Shown here piece by piece: positions 30,231-43,344 of a DNA stretch of 55,545 bases (positions within the stretch are counted from its first letter, which is position 1; every line of letters starts with the position of its first letter). The notes under the pieces were generated by a model that was not told the DNA's origin, made no database searches, and was given only the letters and a program-made list of their open reading frames with translations. The stretch is taken from NCBI GenBank assembly GCA_963796795.1, contig CAWCNA010000006.1, positions 1-55,545 of the forward strand, given 5' to 3'. This DNA is from Candidatus Adlerbacteria bacterium. Lineage in GTDB: Bacteria > Patescibacteriota > Minisyncoccia > Phycocordibacterales > SBAW01. The translations under genes were made by a program, and so were the position numbers.

Positions 30231-31373
30231 ATGACCTCCGAGCCTCTTGCATCAAAAATCCGCCCTAACGATTTAGAGAATTTTTTCGGCCAAGAACATC
30301 TTGTTTCAAAAGGAAAGCCCTTGTATGAAGCAATAGAAGGGAAGCATCTCTTTTCATTTATATTGTGGGGGCCGCCGGGCTCGGGTAAAACAACGCTGGC
30401 ACGAATCTACGCGAACGCGCTTGATGCAGAGTTTTTTGAACTCTCTGCTGTCGACTCCGGTAAGGATGATATCAAAAAAATACTCGGCAAAGGACATCTG
30501 CAATTTTCAGGAAAGCCGAAGGTGTTATTCATAGACGAAATTCATCGATTCAATAAAGCACAACAAGATTTTTTACTGCCGTATGTCGAGCGTGGCGAAT
30601 TGACACTTGTTGGTGCCACAACCGAGAACCCATCATTTGAAGTCATTTCCGCACTCCTCTCTCGATGTCGCGTGTTTGTACTGAAAGAGCTTAATGAAGC
30701 TGATATGGAAAAGATTATTAAGCGGGCGAAATTAAAAGTACCCAAGGATGCCCGCGACTGGTTGGTACAGATAGCACAGGGCGATGCGAGGCAGGCGCTT
30801 GGTGTGCTTGAAAACGCGCAGAGTTTGTATGGAAAAGTCACCATCGAAACGTTGAAAGAAACCGTGCAGTCAAAACATCTTCGGTACGATAAAAAAGGTG
30901 AAGAGCATCACAACACCATCTCGGCTTTCATAAAGTCGATGCGTTCAAGCCAGCCTGATGCGGCACTTTACTATTTGGCACGAATGGTTGATGCGGGCGA
31001 GGACCCTCTTTTTATAGCCCGCCGTATGGTTATTTTTGCAAGTGAAGATATCGGCCTTGCACAACCAACGGCGCTTGTCGTTGCAAACGCAGTATTTGAA
31101 GCGTGTCAAAAAATAGGCTACCCCGAAGCACAAATAAATTTGGCGCATGGCGTTGCATATTTAGCTGAAAGTAAAAAATCTCGCAAAAGTTATAATGCCT
31201 ATTTTGAGGCACTGGCTGATGTAAAAAATTTAGGCAACTTACCAATCCCTCTAAAAATTAGAAATGCCCCAACCAAGCTTATGAAAGACTTGGATTATCA
31301 TAAAGGCTATAAACTCTACGATAAAGAAACCTACTTGCCTGAAAAACTCAAAAACAAGAAGTATTTGAAGTAA
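30231..31373 (+). CDS. rarA: Replication-associated recombination protein A (RarA/MgsA)
   Basis: PLASKIRP, WGPPGSGKTT, DEIHRFNKAQQD, GATTENP, ISAFIKSMR, ASEDIGLA. Confidence 0.95.
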   Translation: MTSEPLASKIRPNDLENFFGQEHLVSKGKPLYEAIEGKHLFSFILWGPPGSGKTTLARIYANALDAEFFELSAVDSGKDDIKKILGKGHLQFSGKPKVLFIDEIHRFNKAQQDFLLPYVERGELTLVGATTENPSFEVISALLSRCRVFVLKELNEADMEKIIKRAKLKVPKDARDWLVQIAQGDARQALGVLENAQSLYGKVTIETLKETVQSKHLRYDKKGEEHHNTISAFIKSMRSSQPDAALYYLARMVDAGEDPLFIARRMVIFASEDIGLAQPTALVVANAVFEACQKIGYPEAQINLAHGVAYLAESKKSRKSYNAYFEALADVKNLGNLPIPLKIRNAPTKLMKDLDYHKGYKLYDKETYLPEKLKNKKYLK

Positions 31374-31402
31374 AAGAAAAGGCCGGCACCGAAGCGCCGA
31401 CC
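31374..31402 (-). terminator. Hairpin with U-tract on the minus strand (possibly bidirectional)
   Basis: Minus strand GGTCGGCGC-TTCG-GTGCCGGCC-TTTTCTTT. Confidence 0.6.
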
Positions 31403-31640
31403 GAACTGGAAGTTGATTTTTGAAGAGGTGGACCTCAAATCACTAGATGCGACGTGCGCTGTTAGTGAGTCTATGTCTTTTATAAGGGCATTGCGCGCCT
31501 CACCTTCATTCCAGGTTCTACTCTCAAGACTTGTCGTAAATGAACGACTCGTGTGCCCAGACTTTCACCTAAACACAAAGTAGACCCAAGCACAGAAAAC
31601 CAGCTTCCAGAAGACAAAATAATAAATTAAATGAGATATA

Positions 31641-32187
31641 ATGCAAGGTGTGGATAACCAAACAGAAACAATAGTATTTGGCGGCGGATGCTTTTGGTGT
31701 ACGGAAGCGGTCTTTTTAATGTTGAAGGGTGTGAAGTCGGTGGAACCCGGATATGCGGGTGGCCACGTGATGAACCCGACATACGAGCAAGTGTGCGGCG
31801 GGAAGACTGGCCATATTGAGGTGATTAAAATTGTATACAATCCGGACGAAATTGCGTTTGAAGAACTGCTCCGTGTCTTTTTTGCATCTCATGACCCAAC
31901 AACCCTAAACCAGCAGGGGAATGATATTGGCCCGCAATATGCATCAGCAATTTTTTACACGACACCGCGCCAAAAGGAAAAATTAGAAACACTACATAGG
32001 TGTGCTCAATAAGGGAGGCTACGTAAAGCCTATAGTTACGCAGGTGCGGCCTCTGGAAAATTATTTTCCCGCTGAGGACTACCACAAAAATTATTACGAG
32101 CGCAACAAGGGCGCAGGATACTGCCAACTTGTGATAGCTCCCAAAGTGGAAAAGGTGGGAGAAAAGTTTAAAGATTTGCTAAAGTAG
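31641..32187 (+). CDS. msrA: Peptide methionine sulfoxide reductase MsrA; frameshift near 31990
   Basis: GGGCFWCTE, GYAGG, HDPT..N.QGND.G.QY.S, AEDYHKNYY...GYC. Confidence 0.92.
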
Positions 32188-32192
32188 AACCT

Positions 32193-32651
32193 ATGCCCAT
32201 TCAACAAGCGCAGGGTAAACATCCAAAAGTACTACTCACGCCATTTTGGCTTATCGCCACAACATTCATAGGCATCGGCGATACGCTGTATCTTTCCTAC
32301 TACCACTTGCTCGGTATCATCCCCAAGTGTGCTATCGGCGGCTGCGAAATTGTATTAAGCAGCAAATATGCAGCTTTTCTTGGCGTCCCGCTCGCGTACT
32401 TTGGACTCGTCTTCTATGTGTATATGCTCGCACTTGCAGTGTTGCTTGCTATTGACCCAACTTCTCGCGGACTTCGGTTTGGAGCCATGGCCTATACAAC
32501 TATAGGGCTGCTATGCTCGATAGGATTCGAACTATTTCAATATTTTGTGATACACGCACTTTGCATGTTTTGCGCGATCTCGGCGCTAACAACATTGATT
32601 TTATTTTGCATCGCGCTGTGGCACATGCGCGCTACACAAAAACTCTCTTAG
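32193..32651 (+). CDS. Vitamin K epoxide reductase (VKOR) family protein
   Basis: CAIGGCEIVLSS loop cysteines, GVPLA, CMFC active site, four TM helices. Confidence 0.88.
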   Translation: MPIQQAQGKHPKVLLTPFWLIATTFIGIGDTLYLSYYHLLGIIPKCAIGGCEIVLSSKYAAFLGVPLAYFGLVFYVYMLALAVLLAIDPTSRGLRFGAMAYTTIGLLCSIGFELFQYFVIHALCMFCAISALTTLILFCIALWHMRATQKLS

Positions 32652-33436
32652 TATCTGCGGCGATAGCGGCGGAAGAGCCTCCACAATATATAGAAGAAGA
32701 GAATCGCAAGGATTGGGTAAAAGACTCCGGCGTTGCTGACGATGTATAAAAGTACGGTAAAGACATAGAGAGTTGCTGTGGCAAAAATAGTCCACGCAGT
32801 GCTCGCTGTTTTATTTTGTGTTGCGGCGTCGGGTGTATTAATAAAATTTGCGGTCGGTGATGTAACAGGTACTCCAACCTGGGCCTTTGACCAGTTCAGG
32901 CCTTTATTCAACTGGTTCGCAGCAAACATACGGCCTGAGTCTATAGCGCTTAATACTGGCGCTGAATATGTGGCTACTGTGGGCGAGGCGTTTGCTATCG
33001 ACTGCTGGATCTGTGCCGATGACTGTACACCATTCGCATCTTGCTTTGATGATGCGGTGGTCGGTACGACAGGGGGTGGCGGGGGAGCAATTGTAAAGGC
33101 TTGGGAATTTTCTTCGACGACTGTGCCACTTGCGTCGGTGAGGTCGGCGACCACAGTATGGGTACCGGCAGTTGGCTCCCATGTAATTGAAACGTCGCTC
33201 GCCCCTCCTGCGGCGAGGGTCACAGGAACACTACCTATCGTGCCCTCATCGTCATGGACCTTAAGAGTGCCTGTGAAGGTCGTGGATGCATCATTAGAAA
33301 CGGATGCGTGTATAAGCACAGCTTCTCCCTCAACGGGCGTGTTTGTAGAAAGGAAAATAGATTGTTTTGCAAACCCAGCAGCAAAAACCATCCCCGGTAG
33401 CGCAAACAATATAATCCCGACAAAAAACCTCTTCAT
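32648..33436 (-). CDS. Secreted Ig-like (CARDB-like) protein with C-terminal membrane anchor
   Basis: Signal peptide, TLAAGGASDVSITW...GTHTV beta pattern, Pro linker, TM plus basic tail. Confidence 0.65.
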   Translation of the reverse strand: MKRFFVGIILFALPGMVFAAGFAKQSIFLSTNTPVEGEAVLIHASVSNDASTTFTGTLKVHDDEGTIGSVPVTLAAGGASDVSITWEPTAGTHTVVADLTDASGTVVEENSQAFTIAPPPPPVVPTTASSKQDANGVQSSAQIQQSIANASPTVATYSAPVLSAIDSGRMFAANQLNKGLNWSKAQVGVPVTSPTANFINTPDAATQNKTASTAWTIFATATLYVFTVLLYIVSNAGVFYPILAILFFYILWRLFRRYRRRY

Positions 33437-33499
33437 TGATTTTAGTATATCGCAGGTTTTTCCCTCAAACCTCATATTTCTTCGTGTTAAAATATAGGA

Positions 33500-33934
33500 G
33501 TGAAAAATCTTTTCAAAAAGATTCATGTGCATTTTGTGTCATCACATGCAAATTCGTATCGTCCGCACATTTTACGGAAAGGCTGGCTGTTGTTTTTTAT
33601 CGCGATAATTTTTGTCAGCGAAGGGGTATTTGTTTCGGGTGTGTTCGTTCAACAATCTGGCTCGGTGGGAACATCACTTGCAGCTGTGGCTGTTGCGCCT
33701 GCCGCATCATCTGATCTAGGCTCATTTACAAATTCATTTGGGCGTAATTTGGCTCGTATTGCAGTCGACTCCGAACCTGCTGTGCCGTGGGCGCTCGGTA
33801 CAATCGTTGCCTTACTCATTATTGCGCTGCTTTTTACGTTTTTTACGCATATCCAAATCCAGCAGCCGGAGATGCTTTTTAGCGGTGCCTTGGTGGCGCT
33901 GTTTGCTTTGTCTCTTATTGTGACAAACGTTTAG
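33500..33934 (+). CDS. Hypothetical membrane protein
   Basis: HFV....NSYRPHILR N-terminus, three hydrophobic segments. Confidence 0.6.
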   Translation: MKNLFKKIHVHFVSSHANSYRPHILRKGWLLFFIAIIFVSEGVFVSGVFVQQSGSVGTSLAAVAVAPAASSDLGSFTNSFGRNLARIAVDSEPAVPWALGTIVALLIIALLFTFFTHIQIQQPEMLFSGALVALFALSLIVTNV

Positions 33935-33996
33935 ATTACAGGGATGATGTAGACAAGATGCTTGCACGGAGACACGGGGCCTAGTATCGTTTCCAT

Positions 33997-35717
<1,721 letters not shown>

Positions 35718-35740
35718 GCACATTTTGTTATAGTGTTTTG

Positions 35741-37817
35741 ATGGCTGGAGGTTTTACACTCAAATCCGAATACAAACCGGCAGGCGACCAGCCCAAGGCT
35801 ATAGAGAGTTTGATGAAAGGCTTGAAAGATAGCAAACGAGACCAGACACTGCTTGGTGTTACTGGCTCGGGTAAGACATTTACGATTGCGAACGTTATTG
35901 AAAAAGTGGGGAAGCCCACGCTTGTTATTGCGCACAACAAAACACTTGCGGCTCAGTTGGCGCAGGAGTATCGCGAATTTTTTCCTAACAACTCAGTGCA
36001 GTATTTTGTTTCTTATTACGACTACTACCAGCCCGAAGCATACATTCCACACTCGCGACACATATATAGAGAAAGAAGCACAAATAAACGAAGAAATCGA
36101 CAGGTTGCGCCACGCGTCTACTCAAGCGCTACTTTCGCGCAGTGATGTAATTATTGTGGCGTCGGTGTCCTGCATCTACGCGCTTGGCTCACCTGAGGAG
36201 TATCGCAAAGTACATTTGGAACTCGCACCGGGGTTGAAGAAGAATCGTTCGGAACTTGTGCGCGAACTTATTTCTATATATTTCGAACGCACAACGGCAG
36301 ACCTGACACCAGGTAAATTTCGTGCACTGGGAAATAGTGTTGAAATTATGCCAACAGGCGAGCGTGTGCTCTATCGTGTCGAATTTTCCGCCTCCGGCGG
36401 AGAGAGTGTCATTAGCAAAGTTCGTGTCATAGATGCAATATCGCGCGCTGAACGTGAATCATTAAAATCATTATTCTTATTTCCTGCCAAACACTACGTC
36501 ACGCCCGAGGACTGAACGTGGCCGCGCAATTGAAGATATTAAATTTGAATTAAAAGAGCGTTAAGTGCGTTGAACGCGCGGGCAAGATGCTTGAGGCAGA
36601 GCGTTTGAAGCGCCGCACCAACCACGACATGGCGACTGATCCGCGAGATAGGCGTATGCAAGGTATTGAAAATTATTCGCGCCATTTCGACGGCCGAAAA
36701 CCCGGCCAAGCCGCCATTTACCTTGCTCGACTATTTCCCGCATAAGGCCGACGGCACGCCAGACTTTCTTAACCGTAATAGATGAAAGCCATGTCACTGT
36801 TCCGCAAATTGGCGGCTATGTACGCCGGCGACAGGGCGCGCAAAGAAAATTTGGTTGATTTCGGCTTCCGACTGCCTTCAGCAGTAGACAACCGCCCCTT
36901 GCAGTTTGAGGAATTTGAAAAGCGAGTGGGACAGACCATTTACACTACTGCAACGCCGGGCCCATACGAAAAAGAGCATTCTGGCAAAGATGGTGGAGCA
37001 AATCATTCGCCCGACCGGCCTCGTCGACCCAGAAATTATAATGCGTCCCGTAACTGTGAACAGAAGGAACGCTTGGCCAAGTGCAGGATTTTTTGGACGA
37101 AGCCGAAAAAGTTATCAAACATGGAGGCCGTGTGATGGTAACAACGCTCACCAAAAAAATGGCCGAAGATCTTGTCCGAGTATTTAAAAGAGCGAAAATT
37201 TAAAGCCGCGTACTATCCACAGCGAAGTTCAAACATTCGATCGTATTACAATGCTGACCGACTTCCGCAAAGGTGTGTACGATGTGCTTGTGGGTGTTAA
37301 CCTTACTCCGCGAAGGCCTCGACTTGCCGGAGGTAGAGCTAGTGGCAATTCTGGACGCCGACAAAGAGGGTTTCTTGCGCTCTGAAACGTCACTTATACA
37401 AACAATTGGCCGCGCCGCACGTAACGTCGAGGGCCGCGTCATAATCTATGCCGACAATATGACAACTCTTTAGAAAAGGCGATAGGCGAGACCAACCGCC
37501 GCCGCGCAGTGCAGCTTGCGTACAATAAAAAACACGGCATTACGCCAATGAGCATCAAAAAAGCGATCACAGACATCACCGAGCAGCTCCGCAGCGAGCA
37601 TGGCAAAGCTATTGGCACCTGCTTGATATAGACAGAGAGCTTATACAAACAGAATCCGCGCCGCTTTATTGCCGAAAAAAAGAGGGAAATGGCCGAAGCA
37701 GTCAAAGAGCTTGATTTCGAAACTGCCGCAATCCTTCGCGACGAAATCTTGCCGCGCTTTCTAGGAGAAAGCAGCCGTAAGAAGAAAACACTTCACTATG
37801 TTTATGCAGGTACATAA
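35741..37817 (+). CDS. uvrB: Excinuclease ABC subunit B; multiple frameshifts, 3' end approximate
   Basis: [60 protein letters not shown] across several frames. Confidence 0.92.
36387..36401. repeat. 15-bp palindrome inside uvrB
   Basis: TCCGCC-TCC-GGCGGA (encodes SASGG); same arms as 43368-43382. Confidence 0.65.
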
Positions 37818-37871
37818 CTAAGCTCTGTCACCACCCCTTATGGGATTACCCTGGGGATGTTCAGCGTCTAT

Positions 37872-40456
37872 ATGGAAGATAAAATCACAATAAAAGGAGC
37901 AAAAACTCACAATCTCAAGAATATTTCGCTCAGTATTCCGCGCAATAAGATGGTTGTGTTTACTGGGCTTTCCGGAGCGGGAAGTCGTCTTTGGCATTCG
38001 ATACTATTTTTGCCGAAGGCCAGCGCCGCTATATTGAATCACTCTCCGCATACGCGCGCCAGTTTTTGCGCCAGATGCAAAAGCCCGATGTCGAAGAGAT
38101 CACCGGCCTTAGCCCGCAATTTCTATCGACCAAAAATCGCGCTCCAACAACCCGCGCTCAACCGTGGCAACGATTACTGAAATTTATGACTACATGCGCA
38201 TTTTGTTTGCGCGCGTAGGCAAGCCGCACTGCCTTGTCTGCGGCCGCGAAATTAAAAAACATTCCAACGAGGAGATAATCCACAGTATTGTTGAAGGCGT
38301 TACAAAAACTGCACCTAAAAAAACTCGCAAGGTGATGGGCGTCGATATCAACGAAGATACGGTCAAGATTTTTGCGCCGGTCGTTGTGGGCCGCAAAGGG
38401 GAGTACTACCAGCTGTTGTACGATATGCTCGGCAAGGGATATGAGCGTGCAAAAGTGGATGGCCAGTTAAAAAGCCTTCGCGAGCAGATTATTTTGGCAA
38501 AACACAAAAAGCACGATATCTCGATTTTGGTCGATGAAATTTTAGTGGCCGAATTTACCCGCTGCAAAAGCCGCAGCACTTGAGCGCCTTGTCGAAGCGG
38601 TTGGAGCGCGCACTTGAAGAAGCCGATGGGCTGGTTGAGATAGAGGATGCAAACGGCACGCGTCTCGTTTCGGCAAAGTTTATGTGCCCCTACGATGGCT
38701 TTTCATTCCCCGAGGTCGAACCTCGCCTTTTCTCGTTTAACTCGCCGTACGGTGCGTGCCCGGCCTGCAACGGCTTGGGCACAAAGCATTTTTTTAGCGA
38801 TGAGCCGTGCCCTGTCTGCCATGGCGCACGCCTGCGCCCCGAAGCCTTGAATGTATGGCTCGGAGAGAAAACAAATATTGTTGATCTCACCAAATCTTTC
38901 TATTTCAAGGCGCATACGATTTTTTTATCGAGCTTGAGTTAAGCAAAAAAGATCAGGAAATTTCCAAAACAGTCATTAAAGAAATTTCTGCGCGGCTTGA
39001 AGTTTATGCTCGATGTGGGCTTCGATTACCTGACGCTCGAGCGTCGCGCCAACACGCTTTCAGGCGGCGAGGCACAGCGTATCCGCCTGGCCTCGCAGCT
39101 TGGCTCGGGCCTCGTGGGTGCGCTATACGTACTCGATGAGCCGACCATTGGTCTGCATCAGCGCGACAACGAACGCCTTATTAAAACGCTTGTTGAACTT
39201 GCGTGATTTGGGCAACACGATAATTGTTGTTGAGCACGACGAAGACACTATTTATGCGGGTGACTATTTGGTGGACATCGGCCCGGGTGCTGGCGTCCAT
39301 GGCGGCAATATCGTTGTTGCGGATGAATTGGAAAAACTGCTTACTGCAAAAAAAAATGACAGCGGCTCAGTCACGCTTGCATACTTGCGTGGCGAAAAGG
39401 AAATTCCTGTGCCCGAAGAGCGCCGCGAAAAAGACAAGGGCAAGATAGAAATAAAAGGCGGCAAGGCATTTAACATCAAAAATCTTTCAGCTGAAATCCC
39501 GCTTGGGAAAATGGTTTCCATCACCGGCGTTTCGGGTTCGGGCAAATCAACATTCTTGTATGAAATTTTATACGAAAATTTGCGTGCACGTTTCGACAAG
39601 CGATATCGCACCAACAAACTATTTAACGTGCATCATTTGAAGGCACTGAACATTTGTCGCGTGCAATTTTAATCGACCAAAGCGCCGATCGGCCGCACGC
39701 CACGTTCGAACCCTGCAACGTACACAGGCTCATTTACCTTTATTCGTGATCTGTTTGCCGTCAACATCGAGAAGCTCGCGCACGCGGATGGAAGGCAACC
39801 GCTTTTCGTTTAACGTACAAACGGCAAAGGGCGGCGGGCGCTGCGAAGCGTGCGAAGGCAACGGCACTATAGCTGTGGAAATGCACTTCTTGCCGACGGT
39901 ATATGTGACATGTGATGTCTGCAATGGAAAGCGTTTTATGAAAGAAACGCTTGAGGTTAAATATAAAAAGAAGAGCATCTACGATGTGCTTGAAATGACG
40001 GTTGAAGAAGCACTCGATTTCTTTAACGATATACCTGCAATTTATGATCGCCTCAAAACTTTGGGCGAAGTGGGGCTCAACTATTTAAAGCTTGGCCAGA
40101 GCGCAACAACCCTTTCGGGTGGTGAAGCGCAGCGAGTAAAAATCTCTGCCGAGCTCTATCGTCCGCATCTGCAAAAAACTATGTACTTGCTGGATGAGCC
40201 AACTGTCGGGCTGCACTACGAAGACGTGCAGAAACTTATCGATATTTTGAACCGCTTGGTACAGGCAGGGAACTCAGTTGTCTTGATCGAGCACAATATG
40301 GATATTATTAAATCATCCGACTATCTTTTGGACTTCGGCCCCGAAGGCGGTGTTGGCGGTGGGAACTTGGTCGCAAAGGGCACGCCTGAAGATGTCGCTA
40401 ACAACAAAAACTCCCACACCGGCAAATACTTGAAGCGCGTGCTCAAAGGGCGATAA
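37872..40456 (+). CDS. uvrA: Excinuclease ABC subunit A; multiple frameshifts
   Basis: [52 protein letters not shown], second Zn finger, LDEPTVGLH. Confidence 0.93.
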
Positions 40457-40465
40457 GCTACGGAT

Positions 40466-41695
40466 ATGAACTTGGCGGATTTCCAAAAGAGGAAGAAGAA
40501 CATTCCCGATGGGCCAGGAGTGTATTTCTTTTTGGGAAAAAATAAAGAAGTTCTGTATATAGGGAAGGCGACGTCACTGCGTAGCCGTGTGCGAAGTTAT
40601 TTTTCTTCTGATTTGGGAAAAGCCCGCGGCCCAGTGATTACTGGGATGGTTGAAAAAGCTGTCTCGATTGATTGGTGCGAGACCGACTCAGTACTCGAAG
40701 CTTTGCTTTTGGAAGCGAATCTTATTAAGACCCATAAACCCAAACACAACACCGACCTCAAAGACGATAAAAGTTTTAATTACGTCTCAATCACCAAAGA
40801 AGATTTCCCCGCAGTACTTTTAATCCGCGGGAGAGAACTGGCGCAACGCGACCCAGGTGATTTTTTGCATGTGTTTGGGCCATTTCCGCACGGCCTCCAG
40901 CTCAAAGACGCAATGAAAATTATTCGCAAAATCTTCTCGTACCGCGACACATGTATTCCAAACTCTGGAAAACCTTGCTTCAATCGCCATATTGGTTTGT
41001 GTCCGGGTGTATGCACGGGCGAAATTTCAAAAACTGATTACAGAAAGATAGTTCGGCGCATCACGTTGCTTTTTCAAGGTAAAAAAACGGTGCTTCTAAA
41101 AAGTTTGGAGCGCGACATGAAAGCAGCTGCAAAAAAAGAAGAGTTTGAAGAAGCGGCGCGTTTGCGTGGGCAAGTGTTTGCCCTCAATCACATCCAGGAC
41201 GTTTCTCTTATTAAAGACGAATACCGCGGTCAGCCAAGCCAGGTTGGCAACACCCGCATTGAGGCATATGATATTGCCCACATGTCGGGTAAGGCGGTCG
41301 TCGGCGTAATGGTTGTTATTGAAGACGGCGCGCCGCATAAAGACCAGTATCGGAAATTTAAAATAAAAACAGCTAAGGGTGGGGATGACGCAGGGTCCTT
41401 GCGCGAAGTGCTCTCGCGTCGGTTGGGCCATGACGAGTGGCCGCTGCCTCGTGTCATTGCCGTGGACGGCAGCACGGCACAAATGAACGCTGCAAAAAAA
41501 GTATTGGAAGAGTTTTCAATAAATATTCCGGTGATAGGCGTCGTCAAAGATGAAAAACACCGCCCGCGCTCCATCCAAGGCGACAAGGTTGTCATCGCCG
41601 GTCGTGAACGTGATATTCTGCTCGCCAATGCCGAAGCCCATCGCTTTGCAATCACGTATCACAAAAAACTCCGTAACCCGTTGCGCGGTTTGTAG
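40466..41695 (+). CDS. uvrC: Excinuclease ABC subunit C (short form)
   Basis: PGVYFF..LYIGKA GIY-YIG domain, Cys cluster, UVR motif, RIEAYDIAH, DG..Q, EAHRFAI; no C-terminal HhH. Confidence 0.9.
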   Translation: MNLADFQKRKKNIPDGPGVYFFLGKNKEVLYIGKATSLRSRVRSYFSSDLGKARGPVITGMVEKAVSIDWCETDSVLEALLLEANLIKTHKPKHNTDLKDDKSFNYVSITKEDFPAVLLIRGRELAQRDPGDFLHVFGPFPHGLQLKDAMKIIRKIFSYRDTCIPNSGKPCFNRHIGLCPGVCTGEISKTDYRKIVRRITLLFQGKKTVLLKSLERDMKAAAKKEEFEEAARLRGQVFALNHIQDVSLIKDEYRGQPSQVGNTRIEAYDIAHMSGKAVVGVMVVIEDGAPHKDQYRKFKIKTAKGGDDAGSLREVLSRRLGHDEWPLPRVIAVDGSTAQMNAAKKVLEEFSINIPVIGVVKDEKHRPRSIQGDKVVIAGRERDILLANAEAHRFAITYHKKLRNPLRGL

Positions 41696-41709
41696 GTTAG
41701 AATATATAC

Positions 41710-42720
41710 ATGCGAACAGTTGTTGGAGTACTCCGTGGCGGGCCATCGAGCGAATACGAAGTGTCGCTCAAGAGCGGTGCCACGGTGCTTGAAGCATTTG
41801 ATAAAGAAAAATACGAGGCACGTGATATTTTTATCTCACGTGATGGCCAGTGGCACGTACACGGCACGCCTGTGTTGCCCGAGCGTGCACTGCGAGGCGT
41901 GGATGTCGCGTTTAATGTTATCCATGGCGAATATGGCGAAGACGGCCAACTGCAACGAATATTAGATGCTGTTGGTGTGCCATACACCGGCTCGGACGCA
42001 TTTGCTTCAGCACTCGCGTTTAACAAACAACGCACGAAAGATATTGTCTCAAAACTTGGGATACAAGTTGCGCACGGAATTGTCTTAGATAAAGAAAACG
42101 AATCAGGTGCCGATTTAGAGCAGACAGCACTTTCTATCTTTCGCAGCTTCCCACACCCGGCAATAGTGAAGCCTGCTATTGGCGGCTCATCTGTCGGTGC
42201 TTCTATTGTTCACAACTTCCACGCGCTTGAACCTGCGTTGCATAAGGCGTTTACTATTTCCCCAAAAATTCTTATTGAAGAATATATTAATGGTAAAGAA
42301 GCTACTGTTGGGGTGATAGATAACTTCCGTGGAGAAAAAACATATGCATTGATGCCCATAGAAATCATCCCACCTAAAAAGCACGGCTTCTTTTCGTACG
42401 ATGCAAAATACAGCGGCGAAACAATAGAACGCGTGCCGGGGAATTTTACCCCAGAAGAAAAGGAGGAGTTGATGATGCAGGCAAAAATCGTGCACGAAGG
42501 CATGGGGCTTTCGCACTACTCGCGTTCCGACTTTATTGTCAGCAAACGTGGTATTTATTTTTTGGAGGTAAATAACGCGGCGGGCGTAGGTATGACAAAA
42601 GAGTCATTGTTCCCCAAAGCAATTGAGGCTGTTGGCTCAAAACTTTCCGACTTTCTCGGGCACGTGGTTGAACTTGCGAGACAGGGTAGAAAAAGGTATT
42701 CTGCCGCAGAGCAATCATGA
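41710..42720 (+). CDS. ddl: D-alanine--D-alanine ligase
   Basis: GGPSSEYEVSLKSG, HGEYGEDG, PYTGS, GSSVG, SYDAKY, FLEVN. Confidence 0.92.
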   Translation: MRTVVGVLRGGPSSEYEVSLKSGATVLEAFDKEKYEARDIFISRDGQWHVHGTPVLPERALRGVDVAFNVIHGEYGEDGQLQRILDAVGVPYTGSDAFASALAFNKQRTKDIVSKLGIQVAHGIVLDKENESGADLEQTALSIFRSFPHPAIVKPAIGGSSVGASIVHNFHALEPALHKAFTISPKILIEEYINGKEATVGVIDNFRGEKTYALMPIEIIPPKKHGFFSYDAKYSGETIERVPGNFTPEEKEELMMQAKIVHEGMGLSHYSRSDFIVSKRGIYFLEVNNAAGVGMTKESLFPKAIEAVGSKLSDFLGHVVELARQGRKRYSAAEQS

Positions 42721-43049
42721 GTAAATTAAGCGAGAAAAAGTGTATCCCGTGCGAAGGGGATATCATGCCGATGAGCAAAAAAGAGGCCGAGACCATGATG
42801 CCAGAGATCAACGACTGGTCGCTCGTCGACGAAGGGCGCATGATTGCAAAAGGCTTTATGTTTCCAAACTTCAAGAAAACAATGGAGTTTGTAAACAAAG
42901 TTGCCGATATCGCCGAAGAGCAAGGACATCATCCGGACCTCACTGTTTCGTACGGCAATGTTGGGGTAGAATTGATGACGCACGCAATTGAAGGGTTGTC
43001 GGAAAACGATTTCATTCTTGCAGCCAAAATCGATGAGTTGAAACTTTAG
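42717..43049 (+). CDS. phhB: Pterin-4-alpha-carbinolamine dehydratase
   Basis: CIPCEG, AEEQGHHPD, THAIEGLSENDFILAAKID. Confidence 0.9.
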   Translation: MSKLSEKKCIPCEGDIMPMSKKEAETMMPEINDWSLVDEGRMIAKGFMFPNFKKTMEFVNKVADIAEEQGHHPDLTVSYGNVGVELMTHAIEGLSENDFILAAKIDELKL

Positions 43050-43084
43050 AATAAATTCATCTGTCTAAATGCTATACTTGAAGC

Positions 43085-43303
43085 ATGGAAAAGAAATACA
43101 GCGAAGGCGAATTTCAAGAACTGGTATTGGACCAATTTAAATCGGTACATACAGAGTTAAAGATAATAAAGACTGATATTGGTGAAATGAAGGACGTGCT
43201 TTATCCGCTTGCGAAGGCCTTTGATATAGACTCCGAAAAACTTATAGACCACAACAAACGGATAGTTCGTGTTGAAAAACACTTAGGGTTTAAAAGCGCA
43301 TAA
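43085..43303 (+). CDS. Small coiled-coil hypothetical protein
   Basis: 72 aa ORF with TG-N-TATACT 6 nt upstream; HNKRIVRVE tail. Confidence 0.65.
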   Translation: MEKKYSEGEFQELVLDQFKSVHTELKIIKTDIGEMKDVLYPLAKAFDIDSEKLIDHNKRIVRVEKHLGFKSA

Positions 43304-43344
43304 AGTCTAGCCTTTCTCTTTTAGATATCGTATTATGGTCTCGC

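Noticed and set aside
36513-36515. TGA readthrough or genetic code 25
   Set aside because: atpE and atpA end at TGA at their expected positions, and UvrB continues in another frame, not through the TGA.
35741-40456. Pseudogenisation or programmed frameshifting of uvrB and uvrA
   Set aside because: Breaks are scattered single-base indels with otherwise intact motifs, and the same pattern affects atp genes, msrA, alkA and the sigma factor; best explained by long-read error.
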